A stretch of DNA of 64,000 bases from Sedimentisphaerales bacterium (GTDB taxonomy: Bacteria; Planctomycetota; Phycisphaerae; Sedimentisphaerales; SM23-30), in the NCBI GenBank assembly GCA_963666285.1, contig OY762711.1, one strand, 5' to 3'. Below, in pieces: positions 30,352-39,575 of the stretch. The position numbers were made by a program, and so were the translations under genes. Each line of letters begins with the position of its first letter. Positions within the stretch are counted from its first letter, which is position 1. Under the pieces are notes generated by a model. It was not told the origin of the DNA. It searched no databases and worked only from the letters and a program-made list of their open reading frames with translations.

Positions 30352-31326
30352 TTACTTTTCGCAGGTGAACATGGCGCGGATTGGTGAGGGCAGTCCTTCA
30401 ATGGTTTTGGTCTGAGTTTTGGGGTCCAGACATTTATCGAGCGATTCGAAGGTCATCCATTCTGTGCTGCGCTGCTCCTGGGTGGAGGTATGTGCGATAT
30501 CTACGCATTGGATATTTTTCAGGCCGGCTTCGCTGAGCCATTGTTCGATAAGCGGGACGCTAGGCAGGTTATGGACATTTCGCATGCGACAGTAACGATC
30601 TTCAGGAACGAGCATTTCCGGTTTATCGGATTCGATTATGAGGGTTTCGAGTACGAGCTGGCCGCCGGGCTTGATCAGGTCACGCAGGTCGGTGATATGC
30701 TGCTGCGGGTCGCGGCGATGATAGAGCAGCCCCATGGAGAAAACAGTATCGAAATGCTGACCGGTGCCGGTGACGTCTTCGATAGTAAGCGGCAGAACAG
30801 CAGCTATGCTAGAGGCGATGTATTTGTTCAAGGCCTGGAACTGCATAACGTAGACAAGGGTCGGCTCAAGGCCTACGACTGCGGCGGCTCGTTCGCCGAG
30901 CATACGAAGGACATGATAGCCGCTACCGCAACCGACGTCGAGAACAACCTTGCCGGCGAGCGGTTTGAGGTGCGGTTTGATGCGGTCCCATTTCCAGTCG
31001 CTGCGCCATTCGGTATCGATATCTATGCCGAAGACCTGGAACGGTCCTTTGCGCCATGGATGGAGCTGCATGAGGGTATGGCGAAGCTCGTCCTGCTCGG
31101 TTTTGGTGATATTGGCTGGTGTGCCTATGATCACAGTAGGCGAGTCGAGCTTGACCATGGTCGGCAGCAGATCGGGCATGGCATCGATAGCGGCCTGCCA
31201 GCGGTCGTAATCGCCGTGGTTAAGATTTTTGAGTGCTGTTTTGACATGCTGGTCGAGCTGCATTGCGAGCGGGCCTTTGCCAAGCGAGGTCAGGGACATA
31301 TATATATCGCTAAAGTCTAATTTCAT
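30352..31326 (-). CDS. cmoB: tRNA U34 carboxymethyltransferase CmoB
   Basis: PWRKGPF, IDTEWRSDWKWDR, VLDVGCGSGYH, FSMGLLYHRR. Confidence 0.95.
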   Translation of the reverse strand: MKLDFSDIYMSLTSLGKGPLAMQLDQHVKTALKNLNHGDYDRWQAAIDAMPDLLPTMVKLDSPTVIIGTPANITKTEQDELRHTLMQLHPWRKGPFQVFGIDIDTEWRSDWKWDRIKPHLKPLAGKVVLDVGCGSGYHVLRMLGERAAAVVGLEPTLVYVMQFQALNKYIASSIAAVLPLTIEDVTGTGQHFDTVFSMGLLYHRRDPQQHITDLRDLIKPGGQLVLETLIIESDKPEMLVPEDRYCRMRNVHNLPSVPLIEQWLSEAGLKNIQCVDIAHTSTQEQRSTEWMTFESLDKCLDPKTQTKTIEGLPSPIRAMFTCEK

Positions 31327-31400
31327 AGTACGCTTTCGTACTTTTGGCTGTTCTACCGTATCTGCAAAGGTCAGAACAGGGCCTTAAAATTTGAAAAAAC
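31326..31400. repeat. Left-half remnant of MITE family B
   Basis: TAGTACGCTTTCGTA...GCAAAGGTCAGAACAGGGCCTT similar to 57294-57352. Confidence 0.55.
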
Positions 31401-31580
31401 TAATTTTATCACTGGCTTATGGCTTGTTCGCAAAGGCAGTAATTAACAAAGTTAACTAACAGGCCCTTATCGGCTATATACATAACCCATAAGGAGAACG
31501 TAAGTTAACGGAAGGTTATTGTAACTTAGATAATACAAATTGTCAAAAGTGATATATGAAAAGAAACATTTAAGATAATG

Positions 31581-31712
31581 GTAACCGTTCACACGGTTAC
31601 AGTAATAAGATATAAGTAAAAAGAAATAAGCTAAGGTGTCGCTTATCGCGAAAAATTTAAAAGCTCCGCAAACACAGAATCTGACGCAAATAACGCACCT
31701 GTGAATGCTTAC
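31581..31712 (+). mobile_element. MITE family A, copy 2 (132 bp)
   Basis: Same TIRs; 8-bp flanks AGATAATG / AGATAATA. Confidence 0.75.
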
Positions 31713-31949
31713 AGATAATATATGCCAACTTTAATAGAAACCAGGTTTGTGGTGCTCGTATCATGCTTGCATTTTGTTTGAAGATGATTCAATATGCAGA
31801 AAAGGAAGTGGTTCAGGGCTTGATCCTCTTTGAATAAGTATGAAAGTTAGCTTGAATGCCAGGGTAATATTTGATATGATAATAGTCTGTTAAAACTTTA
31901 TATATCATATAGTTAAAAATAGATCGTTTATACCGGTTAGTTATATTTT

Positions 31950-33338
31950 ATGATTTTTACCGACCTGGAATTTCTGTACTTTTATGTTGGTCTGTTTGTC
32001 CTGTACTGGGCAATACGGAACAAGACCGCCCAAAATGTACTGCTGCTGATCGGCAGTTACGTATTTTACGGCTGGGTGCATCCGTGGTTCTGCCTGCTGA
32101 TAGCCGGTTCGACGGTAACGGATTTTGTCTGCGGGCTGAAGATAAAAAGCAGCAGTCATCATAAGAGGTGGCTGGTGATCAGCCTGGTAGTGAACCTTGG
32201 ATTGCTGGGTGTATTCAAATATTTTAACTTCTTTATCGATAATGTTTACGAGCTGCTGGCCGGTGTGGGGATTCATGCCAATAGGATGACGCTTCGGATA
32301 TTTCTGCCGGTAGGGATATCGTTTTATACCTTTCAGACGCTAAGCTATACAATAGATATTTATAAAGGCAAGCTGGGGCCGAGGAAGAGCTTTTTGGATT
32401 TTTCGGTTTTTGTTGCGTTCTTTCCACAGCTGGTGGCCGGGCCGATTGAAAGAGCGTCGAGACTGCTGCCGCAGGTAGAGAGCAGGCGACGGTTCAATCC
32501 GGAACAGTTTATGGAGGCGTGGCCGCTGCTGATTTTCGGGTATTTCAAGAAGCTGGTGATCGCGGATAATATCTCGATCTATGTAGATAAGATATTTATG
32601 CTGGAGAGCCCTACCCTGCTGCTATTGATAGCGGGAACACTGGGATTTGCGTTGCAGATATTCGCGGATTTTTCGGCATATACCGATATTGCCAGGGCAT
32701 GTTCGAAAATGCTTGGTTTTGAGCTAATGGAGAATTTCAAGTCGCCGTACCTGGCGATCTCACCGTCGGATTTCTGGCGAAGGTGGCACATATCGCTGTC
32801 GTCATGGATAAGGGATTACCTGTATATCCCGCTGGGCGGTTCGAGGGTTGCCGGTAACTTGAAGTTTTTTTACGTGGTAATGACGACGATGACGCTGGCG
32901 GGCCTGTGGCATGGAGCATCATGGCATTTTGTAATATGGGGGATGTATCATGGTCTGCTGCTGTTTTGTTATCATAAGCTTGGATTCGGCGGGAAATGGG
33001 AGCCGAAGAAGCTGTATACCAGGATAGCGGCATGGGCGATAATGTTCGGCTTTACCAATATCGGCTGGCTGCTGTTCAGGACGCCGAATATGGCGTGGCT
33101 GGCGAAGGCAGTTTCAAATGGCGGCGGGCTGAGACCGGATGATTTTTCGATGCTGGCGAGTATCGAGATACTGGCGATGGCGGGCTTTTTCTGGATGTGG
33201 ACGGCGGTAATGTATTCGATGAAAAGCGGGCCAAAATGGCATAAGCCGCTGCATGCGGTGGTATATGGAATTTTGCTGGTAATGTGTATTATATTCTACC
33301 GTCAGCAAGGAGGAGATTTTATATATTTCCAGTTTTAA
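31950..33338 (+). CDS. MBOAT family O-acyltransferase (AlgI/DltB-like)
   Basis: LPVGISFYTFQ, FFPQLVAGPI, DFWRRWHISLS, GLWHGA. Confidence 0.95.
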   Translation: MIFTDLEFLYFYVGLFVLYWAIRNKTAQNVLLLIGSYVFYGWVHPWFCLLIAGSTVTDFVCGLKIKSSSHHKRWLVISLVVNLGLLGVFKYFNFFIDNVYELLAGVGIHANRMTLRIFLPVGISFYTFQTLSYTIDIYKGKLGPRKSFLDFSVFVAFFPQLVAGPIERASRLLPQVESRRRFNPEQFMEAWPLLIFGYFKKLVIADNISIYVDKIFMLESPTLLLLIAGTLGFALQIFADFSAYTDIARACSKMLGFELMENFKSPYLAISPSDFWRRWHISLSSWIRDYLYIPLGGSRVAGNLKFFYVVMTTMTLAGLWHGASWHFVIWGMYHGLLLFCYHKLGFGGKWEPKKLYTRIAAWAIMFGFTNIGWLLFRTPNMAWLAKAVSNGGGLRPDDFSMLASIEILAMAGFFWMWTAVMYSMKSGPKWHKPLHAVVYGILLVMCIIFYRQQGGDFIYFQF

Positions 33339-33351
33339 GGAAAAGGTATTT

Positions 33352-34434
33352 GTGAATTTTTCGCCTTATGGCGAGCTAAATCTTATGGAAAAGAACGGCA
33401 CAATAAGAAAACTGGCATACTGCGTGATGATGACTTCAATCACGTTAGGAGTGGTAGCTATTGCGCTGTTGACATATAAACCGGAAGCTGAATTTCATTC
33501 AGCAGCTTACAGTAAGTCAGACTACCTGGAAAAGATGAAGACCAGTTTGAACTCTGCCAAGCCGGAAGTACTGTTTGTCGGTAATTCGATGCTGGAATGC
33601 GGATTGAATGACAGGCTGTTTTCGCGGCTGACCGGAACAAGGACGATCAAGATGTTTCGGGGCGGATCGGCATCGGCGGTATGGTATCTGTATTTCAAAA
33701 ATATAATCACAAAAATCGAGAATAAGCCAGAGAAAGTGGTACTGTATTTTCGCGATACAATGCTGACTAAGCCTGAATTCCGAACGAAAGAGCAATACCT
33801 TGACTATATCAAGATGCTGACGACAGATGAGGAGCCGGAATTGGAGCTGGTATTGTATAACAACGGCATGTCGATGTCAGACAGTTTTATGCTGCAATAT
33901 TTTCCGTTTGTTTATGAACGGGCAAAGACAAGAGATAAGCTGTCAAACTTGATCCGGGGCAGCTCGATAGAGGCGACAACTCTTTATAGTGCGGGGTATG
34001 CGGACCTGGCACTGAAAAAGACCTTTGAAGAGAGCAATATGGATGAGAGCCTAGTAACAGCGGTCCAGCTGGAAGCGGAGAAGGAGATTGGAAAAGTAAC
34101 GGATGATTTTGAGGTTCTGCTGGAAAGGTCTTTTTTGCCTTACATTATCGAGCTGGTAAAAGAAGCTGATATCGAGTTGATAATGGTAAGGGTAAGGAAG
34201 CGAGTGTATGCAGAAGGACAGCCTGAGCCGCAATATATGAAAGATTATATTGCAGGTTTAAAAAACTACCTGGAGAGCAATAATGTAAGGCTGCTGGACT
34301 ATACCCACTGTAAAGAAATAGATGCTTCCCTGTTTGAAAACGGCGACCATTTATCGAAACAGAAAGGGAAAGATACCTTCACCATAATCCTGGCGAATGA
34401 TTTCAATAAGATATATAAAGCCAAGGGAAAATAA
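33352..34434 (+). CDS. SGNH/DltD-like periplasmic partner of MBOAT
   Basis: FVGNS block I and NGDHL (DxxH-like) motif; N-terminal TM; adjacent to MBOAT. Confidence 0.65.
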   Translation: MNFSPYGELNLMEKNGTIRKLAYCVMMTSITLGVVAIALLTYKPEAEFHSAAYSKSDYLEKMKTSLNSAKPEVLFVGNSMLECGLNDRLFSRLTGTRTIKMFRGGSASAVWYLYFKNIITKIENKPEKVVLYFRDTMLTKPEFRTKEQYLDYIKMLTTDEEPELELVLYNNGMSMSDSFMLQYFPFVYERAKTRDKLSNLIRGSSIEATTLYSAGYADLALKKTFEESNMDESLVTAVQLEAEKEIGKVTDDFEVLLERSFLPYIIELVKEADIELIMVRVRKRVYAEGQPEPQYMKDYIAGLKNYLESNNVRLLDYTHCKEIDASLFENGDHLSKQKGKDTFTIILANDFNKIYKAKGK

Positions 34435-34637
34435 AAAACAATTAATCAAGCCGGGCAATGGTCTGCTTGAAAGGCATAAGATAAGGTACCTGGTCCACCT
34501 GTGGCGGATCTTCTACGTAAGAGGCAAAAACAGAAAGCCCCTTTCAGGCGTTCACCAAAGCTACTTATTAACCAGACTACTTGAAAAACGAAAAAGTTAA
34601 CTACTGGAAAGTGTCGATATAGATGCTATAATCCAGT

Positions 34638-35693
34638 ATGACAACATTTATAAATAATTTATGGGAAATAACGACCGAGCTGGCACCATGGCTGCTGTTT
34701 GGCCTGATATTAGCCGGGATACTACATATTTTGCTGCCAAGCAGTTTTGTCCGTAAACACCTTGGCCATGGCGGGATAGGTTCGATAATAAAGGCTGTAG
34801 CGATAGGTGTACCTATGCCGTTATGTTCGTGCGGAGTAATTCCTACTGCGATCGGATTGAAAAAAGACGGAGCTTCGGATGGCCCGGCAGTAGGTTTCCT
34901 GATCAGTACGCCGCAGACCGGACTTGACTCGATATTTGTCTCAGCGGGATTTCTGGGCTGGCCATTTGCGATATTCAAGGTATTGTCAGCTTTTGTTACC
35001 GGACTGATCGGCGGACTGCTGGTAAGTTTTTTTGATAAGCCAAAGGAACAAGATGAAATTGTAGAATCATGCGGCGGAGGATGCTGCAGCGAGGGCCACC
35101 AGGAAAATGTAAAGGAAGAAGTCAGTCCTAAAATCGAAAAGGAGAAATCCAAATTTTCCGAGATGTTGAGGTTTTCGCTGATGCTGCTGAGCGGTATATA
35201 TGTGTGGCTGGTAGTTGGCGTAATTTTGGCGGCGATAATAACAACCGCCCTGCCGGAAGGCAAACTAAGCGAATACGGCTGGACCAGCGGTATAACAGGC
35301 ATGCTGACAATGCTTGCGATCTCACTGCCGATGTATATCTGTGCGACAAGTTCTGTGCCACTGGCGGCATCGCTGGTAATGGCGGGTATGCCTACGGGTT
35401 CGGCACTGGTACTGCTGATGGCAGGTCCGGCAACGAATATAGCGACAATCGGAGCGATAGCTAAGGCGTTCGGCAAAAGAGTAACGACGATATACGTTCT
35501 GACAGTTGCCGTGATGAGCGTTTTGCTGGGTCTAGGTTTTGAAAAGGTAATCCAGGTGAGTAACGAACATATGGGGCATCACCATACACTGCCAGACTGG
35601 ATCAAGACAGGATCAGCGATTGTTCTTATCACCCTGCTAATATGGTTTGCGATAAAAGATTTAATATCACGAACTACCCGACAAAAGTTTTAA
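34638..35693 (+). CDS. DUF318/ArsP-type permease (SO_0444-like Cu/Zn efflux)
   Basis: PLCSCGVIP, FLISTPQTG, PMYICA, GPATN; Cys/His-rich loops. Confidence 0.85.
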   Translation: MTTFINNLWEITTELAPWLLFGLILAGILHILLPSSFVRKHLGHGGIGSIIKAVAIGVPMPLCSCGVIPTAIGLKKDGASDGPAVGFLISTPQTGLDSIFVSAGFLGWPFAIFKVLSAFVTGLIGGLLVSFFDKPKEQDEIVESCGGGCCSEGHQENVKEEVSPKIEKEKSKFSEMLRFSLMLLSGIYVWLVVGVILAAIITTALPEGKLSEYGWTSGITGMLTMLAISLPMYICATSSVPLAASLVMAGMPTGSALVLLMAGPATNIATIGAIAKAFGKRVTTIYVLTVAVMSVLLGLGFEKVIQVSNEHMGHHHTLPDWIKTGSAIVLITLLIWFAIKDLISRTTRQKF

Positions 35694-35880
35694 ATAAATA
35701 ACAGATGACCAGAGGTTAGTAAACAGGGATTTTGATTCTATAGTCTGAAATTATTTGTTGAAGCAACCCAAAGTTTTCAAGAACAGCTGAAAATTCAATA
35801 ATGTAGTGGCTACATTTTGGTCACACTTAAAAACAAAAAAAGCTGCTTTATATAAACACTGACTACACAAAGCTTTGCAA

Positions 35881-35954
35881 TACGCCCGACAGGAGTCGAA
35901 CCTGTAACCCTCGGTTTCGAAGACCGATGCTCTATCCAATTGAGCTACGAGCGC
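35881..35954 (-). tRNA. tRNA-Arg(TCG)
   Basis: GCGCTCGTAGCTCAATTGGATAGAGCATCGGTC-TTCGAA-ACCGAGGGTTACAGGTTCGACTCCTGTCGGGCGTA cloverleaf. Confidence 0.95.
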
Positions 35955-35974
35955 TAAAATTTAAAATGAAAAAA

Positions 35975-36045
35975 AGCGGGTGATCGGAATCGAACCGACA
36001 TGACCAGCTTGGAAGGCTGGGGCTTTGCCATTAAGCTACACCCGC
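35975..36045 (-). tRNA. tRNA-Gly(TCC)
   Basis: GCGGGTGTAGCTTAATGGCAAAGCCCCAGCC-TTCCAA-GCTGGTCATGTCGGTTCGATTCCGATCACCCGCT cloverleaf. Confidence 0.95.
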
Positions 36046-36065
36046 AAAATTGCGATAGACGAGGA

Positions 36066-36094
36066 ATTTTAATGGCATTTTAACTTCATGTCAA
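36066..36094 (-). promoter_or_regulatory. Sigma-70 promoter of the tRNA pair
   Basis: TTGACA-N17-TAAAAT on the minus strand. Confidence 0.75.
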
Positions 36095-36172
36095 GAAAAA
36101 ATTTCATGTAAAATAACTGCCCCAAAAAACTTAAATACAGCAATTTCAGCAGATTACGTTAAAATCAAACCG

Positions 36173-38158
36173 CTAATTTGTGGTATTTTGGAGCCATTGG
36201 TCGACCAGCACAGTCAGGTCGTCGATATTAATGGAGCAATCGCAGGTGAGATCAATATCGCAAACATCGTCATTTTGCCAGTTAAAAGCCAGCACGGAGA
36301 AATCATCGAGGTCGATTTGGCCATTTGAGCTAAAATCGCCATTAAGGGCATATTCATTGAAAACCTGGAGAATCTCGTCGGCATTAAGGGCCCTACTATA
36401 CACTTTAATTTCGTCAATTACTCCATTAAATAAATGCCACATACTACCCTGCCAACTAAAAGCACCTAATGTCGCATTACTTAGCATTGAGGTATTGATC
36501 GAAGCATTATTATTAGAAAAAGAATTTACTTGTTTGCCATTATGATAAAATATAATATCTTTAACACTCGGATTTCCACTATTATTAAGAACAACTGCAA
36601 CATGATGCCATTGTCCGTCATTAACAGTAGTTTCAGAATTTATTGAGCCTCCCCAAATACCAACCCCAAAGGTTCCATCAGAATTAATGCGAAACATCCA
36701 TTTTTCTCCATTTAGTTCATTTCCCCAAGCAGTTATCACAGAAGGTTGGCTTGTACTAGTTTTTATCCAGGCCATACAAGTTCTACTGGATTTACCAGAA
36801 ATTCCTTTAAAATTATTTATTTCGACATAATCATCGTTACCATCAAAATTCAAGCCACCACACTGCTTACCTTTCGTCCATCCATCCTCCTGCATATTGT
36901 AAATGGTACCATCAAAACCTAAATCACCATGGTCGGCAATAACATCCCCACTGCCTTCGTTAAGCTTCCAGTATCCAACCGGTTCAGAAATCGGCTCAAT
37001 AATCATGGAACTGAGTATATCGTTCCATCCAGCATCAACCAGACAATCAACATCCTGCCGAAGAACTATTGAATTACCTTCAAAATTGTCAGCATCAAAT
37101 AAGGTAACCTTAAAACCAGGGCAAATAGCAAGCGAAGAAGCATCATTATCTTTACCACCAGCAGCAATAATATCTGCGGTAGTATATGCCCCTATTCCCA
37201 TCTCTGCGGACCAGCCATCATATAAAGGGCAATGCTGGTAAAGAGTAACAACAGTCTGTTCGGTAATGTCAATACTTAATGCGTTGTTAATAGCAGCGGC
37301 ATAATCAGCAACCGGATAAGTATTTTGGTAATTTAGCATATCGTCAAAGAGCCACATAAATCCACCAGCAATATTGTAAGAGTTATTCCAAGAGGTCATC
37401 TGGCTTTGAACTCCAGAAGGATTTTGGCCATTTGAATAACACCACAAGCCAGGAGTTACGTGAAGACCACCGAAGTAATTGTTCCAGGTTCCAGGACTAT
37501 TATAAGCACCACCTGCATAGCACTGGAGGTCAATACGGTCTATAGCGCCGGGCCTCTGTGCATTAGTCTGGCTAAAAACATCACTCCAGTAACTGGAGCG
37601 AGTGTAGGGACAAAGCGTAACCTTGAAACCAAGATCGTACAGCATAACAGCAAAGGCGACAGAAGAATCCACATCGTATGTAACTTCGTCGTCATAGCTG
37701 ATACCATCAATTGCCGGAATAGTGTCTTTGAGCACCTTGAAGTTTTTATAAAGGGTACTATCCGGACCAGTTCCTTCTGCAGCGATAAGATTTTTAATAT
37801 TTTCAAAGGCGCCGGACCCCCAGGCACCAATAGCAATTTCTATACGGCGAACAGAGGTTTGACCTTCTTTGAAGGCATGAACCTGGGCCGGCCAGTCCGG
37901 ATCACCAACATAAACACCATTATCAACAAGTTTTGGTTCATTATAAACAAGGTCACCATCAGAATGAACATGTATGGTCCAAAGCATAACAGTAGTAAAA
38001 CCAGAATTGCGAATAGTATCCAAATGCTCAGCAGCATTGCTATAAAACGGACCGCCGCCATAAATAATAGATTCTTTAGCCTGGACAGAAGTTAAGGTAA
38101 AAAGTAACACTATTAAATAAACGGGGATAATTTGAGTACAACTACTTTTTTTTCTCAT
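36173..38158 (-). CDS. Secreted GH18-like glycoside hydrolase with beta/gamma-crystallin-like, LamG and dockerin-like domains
   Basis: IDGISYDDE variant of DxxDxDxE, LQCYAGG; NDASSL..GFKVTLF crystallin-like motif; LamG; GDFSSNGQIDLDDF. Confidence 0.7.
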   Translation of the reverse strand: MRKKSSCTQIIPVYLIVLLFTLTSVQAKESIIYGGGPFYSNAAEHLDTIRNSGFTTVMLWTIHVHSDGDLVYNEPKLVDNGVYVGDPDWPAQVHAFKEGQTSVRRIEIAIGAWGSGAFENIKNLIAAEGTGPDSTLYKNFKVLKDTIPAIDGISYDDEVTYDVDSSVAFAVMLYDLGFKVTLCPYTRSSYWSDVFSQTNAQRPGAIDRIDLQCYAGGAYNSPGTWNNYFGGLHVTPGLWCYSNGQNPSGVQSQMTSWNNSYNIAGGFMWLFDDMLNYQNTYPVADYAAAINNALSIDITEQTVVTLYQHCPLYDGWSAEMGIGAYTTADIIAAGGKDNDASSLAICPGFKVTLFDADNFEGNSIVLRQDVDCLVDAGWNDILSSMIIEPISEPVGYWKLNEGSGDVIADHGDLGFDGTIYNMQEDGWTKGKQCGGLNFDGNDDYVEINNFKGISGKSSRTCMAWIKTSTSQPSVITAWGNELNGEKWMFRINSDGTFGVGIWGGSINSETTVNDGQWHHVAVVLNNSGNPSVKDIIFYHNGKQVNSFSNNNASINTSMLSNATLGAFSWQGSMWHLFNGVIDEIKVYSRALNADEILQVFNEYALNGDFSSNGQIDLDDFSVLAFNWQNDDVCDIDLTCDCSINIDDLTVLVDQWLQNTTN

Positions 38159-38596
38159 GTTTTTTCCTTTGCTTCCTGATGCACAATCTCATTATCTATG
38201 AGCTTGTTAATCAAGACATTAACAATACATAATTCTTCTGGGAAACCTCCAACCTGTTTAATTAGAGGCAGTAAGCCTACTCCATGTTTTATCGGCTCTA
38301 AAGGTAAGCAAATCTAGGAGTTATAGACTAAATAGTATCAAAAATCACATTATACGGTCAAGAGAATTCAATATAATCGTTAAAAGATATATTTAAGCAG
38401 AAATGACTGAATAAAAGGTAGGCCCAGGAGGTGCGATAAATAAAAAAGGCAGTCATACGCCAGACTGCCATTTAGGAAAAATTATGAAGATTCTGGTTCA
38501 GGAACCTATGCGAGCTCAAATCTGCTATGTTGGGAGCCGGCAAATTCAATTCATAATTTTGTATTTTCAATTCGCAAGAAAGCGAATGGACACCTA

Positions 38597-39169
38597 TTAC
38601 TTTTTCATACTAAAGAGAGATTGACTCTTCAAAATCGTTTTTTGCTCGGGGAAAGCATGGAAGGCATAAATATGCAGCTCTTCCCAATGTGCTTCATAAT
38701 CAATAAAAGAAAACGGAGCAAGACTATTGTTAGATACTTCCTGCTGAAACGGAACATAAATTCCTCTTTTCCGAGCAATACGAACCAAGTCCAGATGAGT
38801 TTTGCGATAAACACTATCGCTCATTTTCTCTGACAGGAAGCTCATCATATAAATAAACCTCTGGTCACCCCACTTGCACTGATATTTTCTATTACCTTTG
38901 AAAGGCATCCTGCGAACAAGACCACGTGCAGGAAGCATCTGATCGTGGTTAGAGACAGTTTCACACAGGCTATGGCCGTCATTATGAACACTTACAACAT
39001 GATTACACCCGGTAATCCATATGTTTACTTCATAATCACCCTGAAAGAACCTCTGTCCCCTGCAAATATCAAATAACTCCGGGTGCAGCGGCCTGCGAAA
39101 GATATTGAAATCAACAGTATCAACCATCTGATACTGTGCAGTTCTATAAGAATTTATTTTCTCATCCAT
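38597..39169 (-). CDS. DUF2617-like protein
   Basis: RPLHPELF, HAFPE motifs. Confidence 0.6.
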   Translation of the reverse strand: MDEKINSYRTAQYQMVDTVDFNIFRRPLHPELFDICRGQRFFQGDYEVNIWITGCNHVVSVHNDGHSLCETVSNHDQMLPARGLVRRMPFKGNRKYQCKWGDQRFIYMMSFLSEKMSDSVYRKTHLDLVRIARKRGIYVPFQQEVSNNSLAPFSFIDYEAHWEELHIYAFHAFPEQKTILKSQSLFSMKK

Positions 39170-39575
39170 AATTTTAGTACAAAACTCAAAAAAAATAACA
39201 AGTTAATATATATAATTTATAAGGACTGTAGCAGTTTTTCTGTCCATTACTTATATATTAATTATAACCATCAGTTACAGCTCCATCAAGCACAAAAACT
39301 GCGATAACAATACTAATAACAAGGATTTACATTTATCGGACGTTAACGTGTTTCATTAGTAATTTCAGGCAAAATAATCATAAGTCCATAACTTACAGGA
39401 AATTCTGCCAATAGAAGCAGAATTCCAACTGGTCCGATAATTTTAAAATAAGATAATTATCGGGCTTTAAAAAAAAACGATTTTTTTTATAATTTTATCT
39501 TAAAGGCCAAGAAACGCCTTAGGCCGCAGGTCGAAATTTGGAGATATTACCATACTCAAGGAAGGATCCGCATAT

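Noticed and set aside
30490..31320. 276-aa plus-strand ORF
   Set aside because: Antisense to cmoB, no recognisable motifs
34601..35476. 291-aa minus-strand ORF
   Set aside because: Antisense shadow of the permease
35751..35939. 62-aa ORF
   Set aside because: Translation of tRNA-Arg
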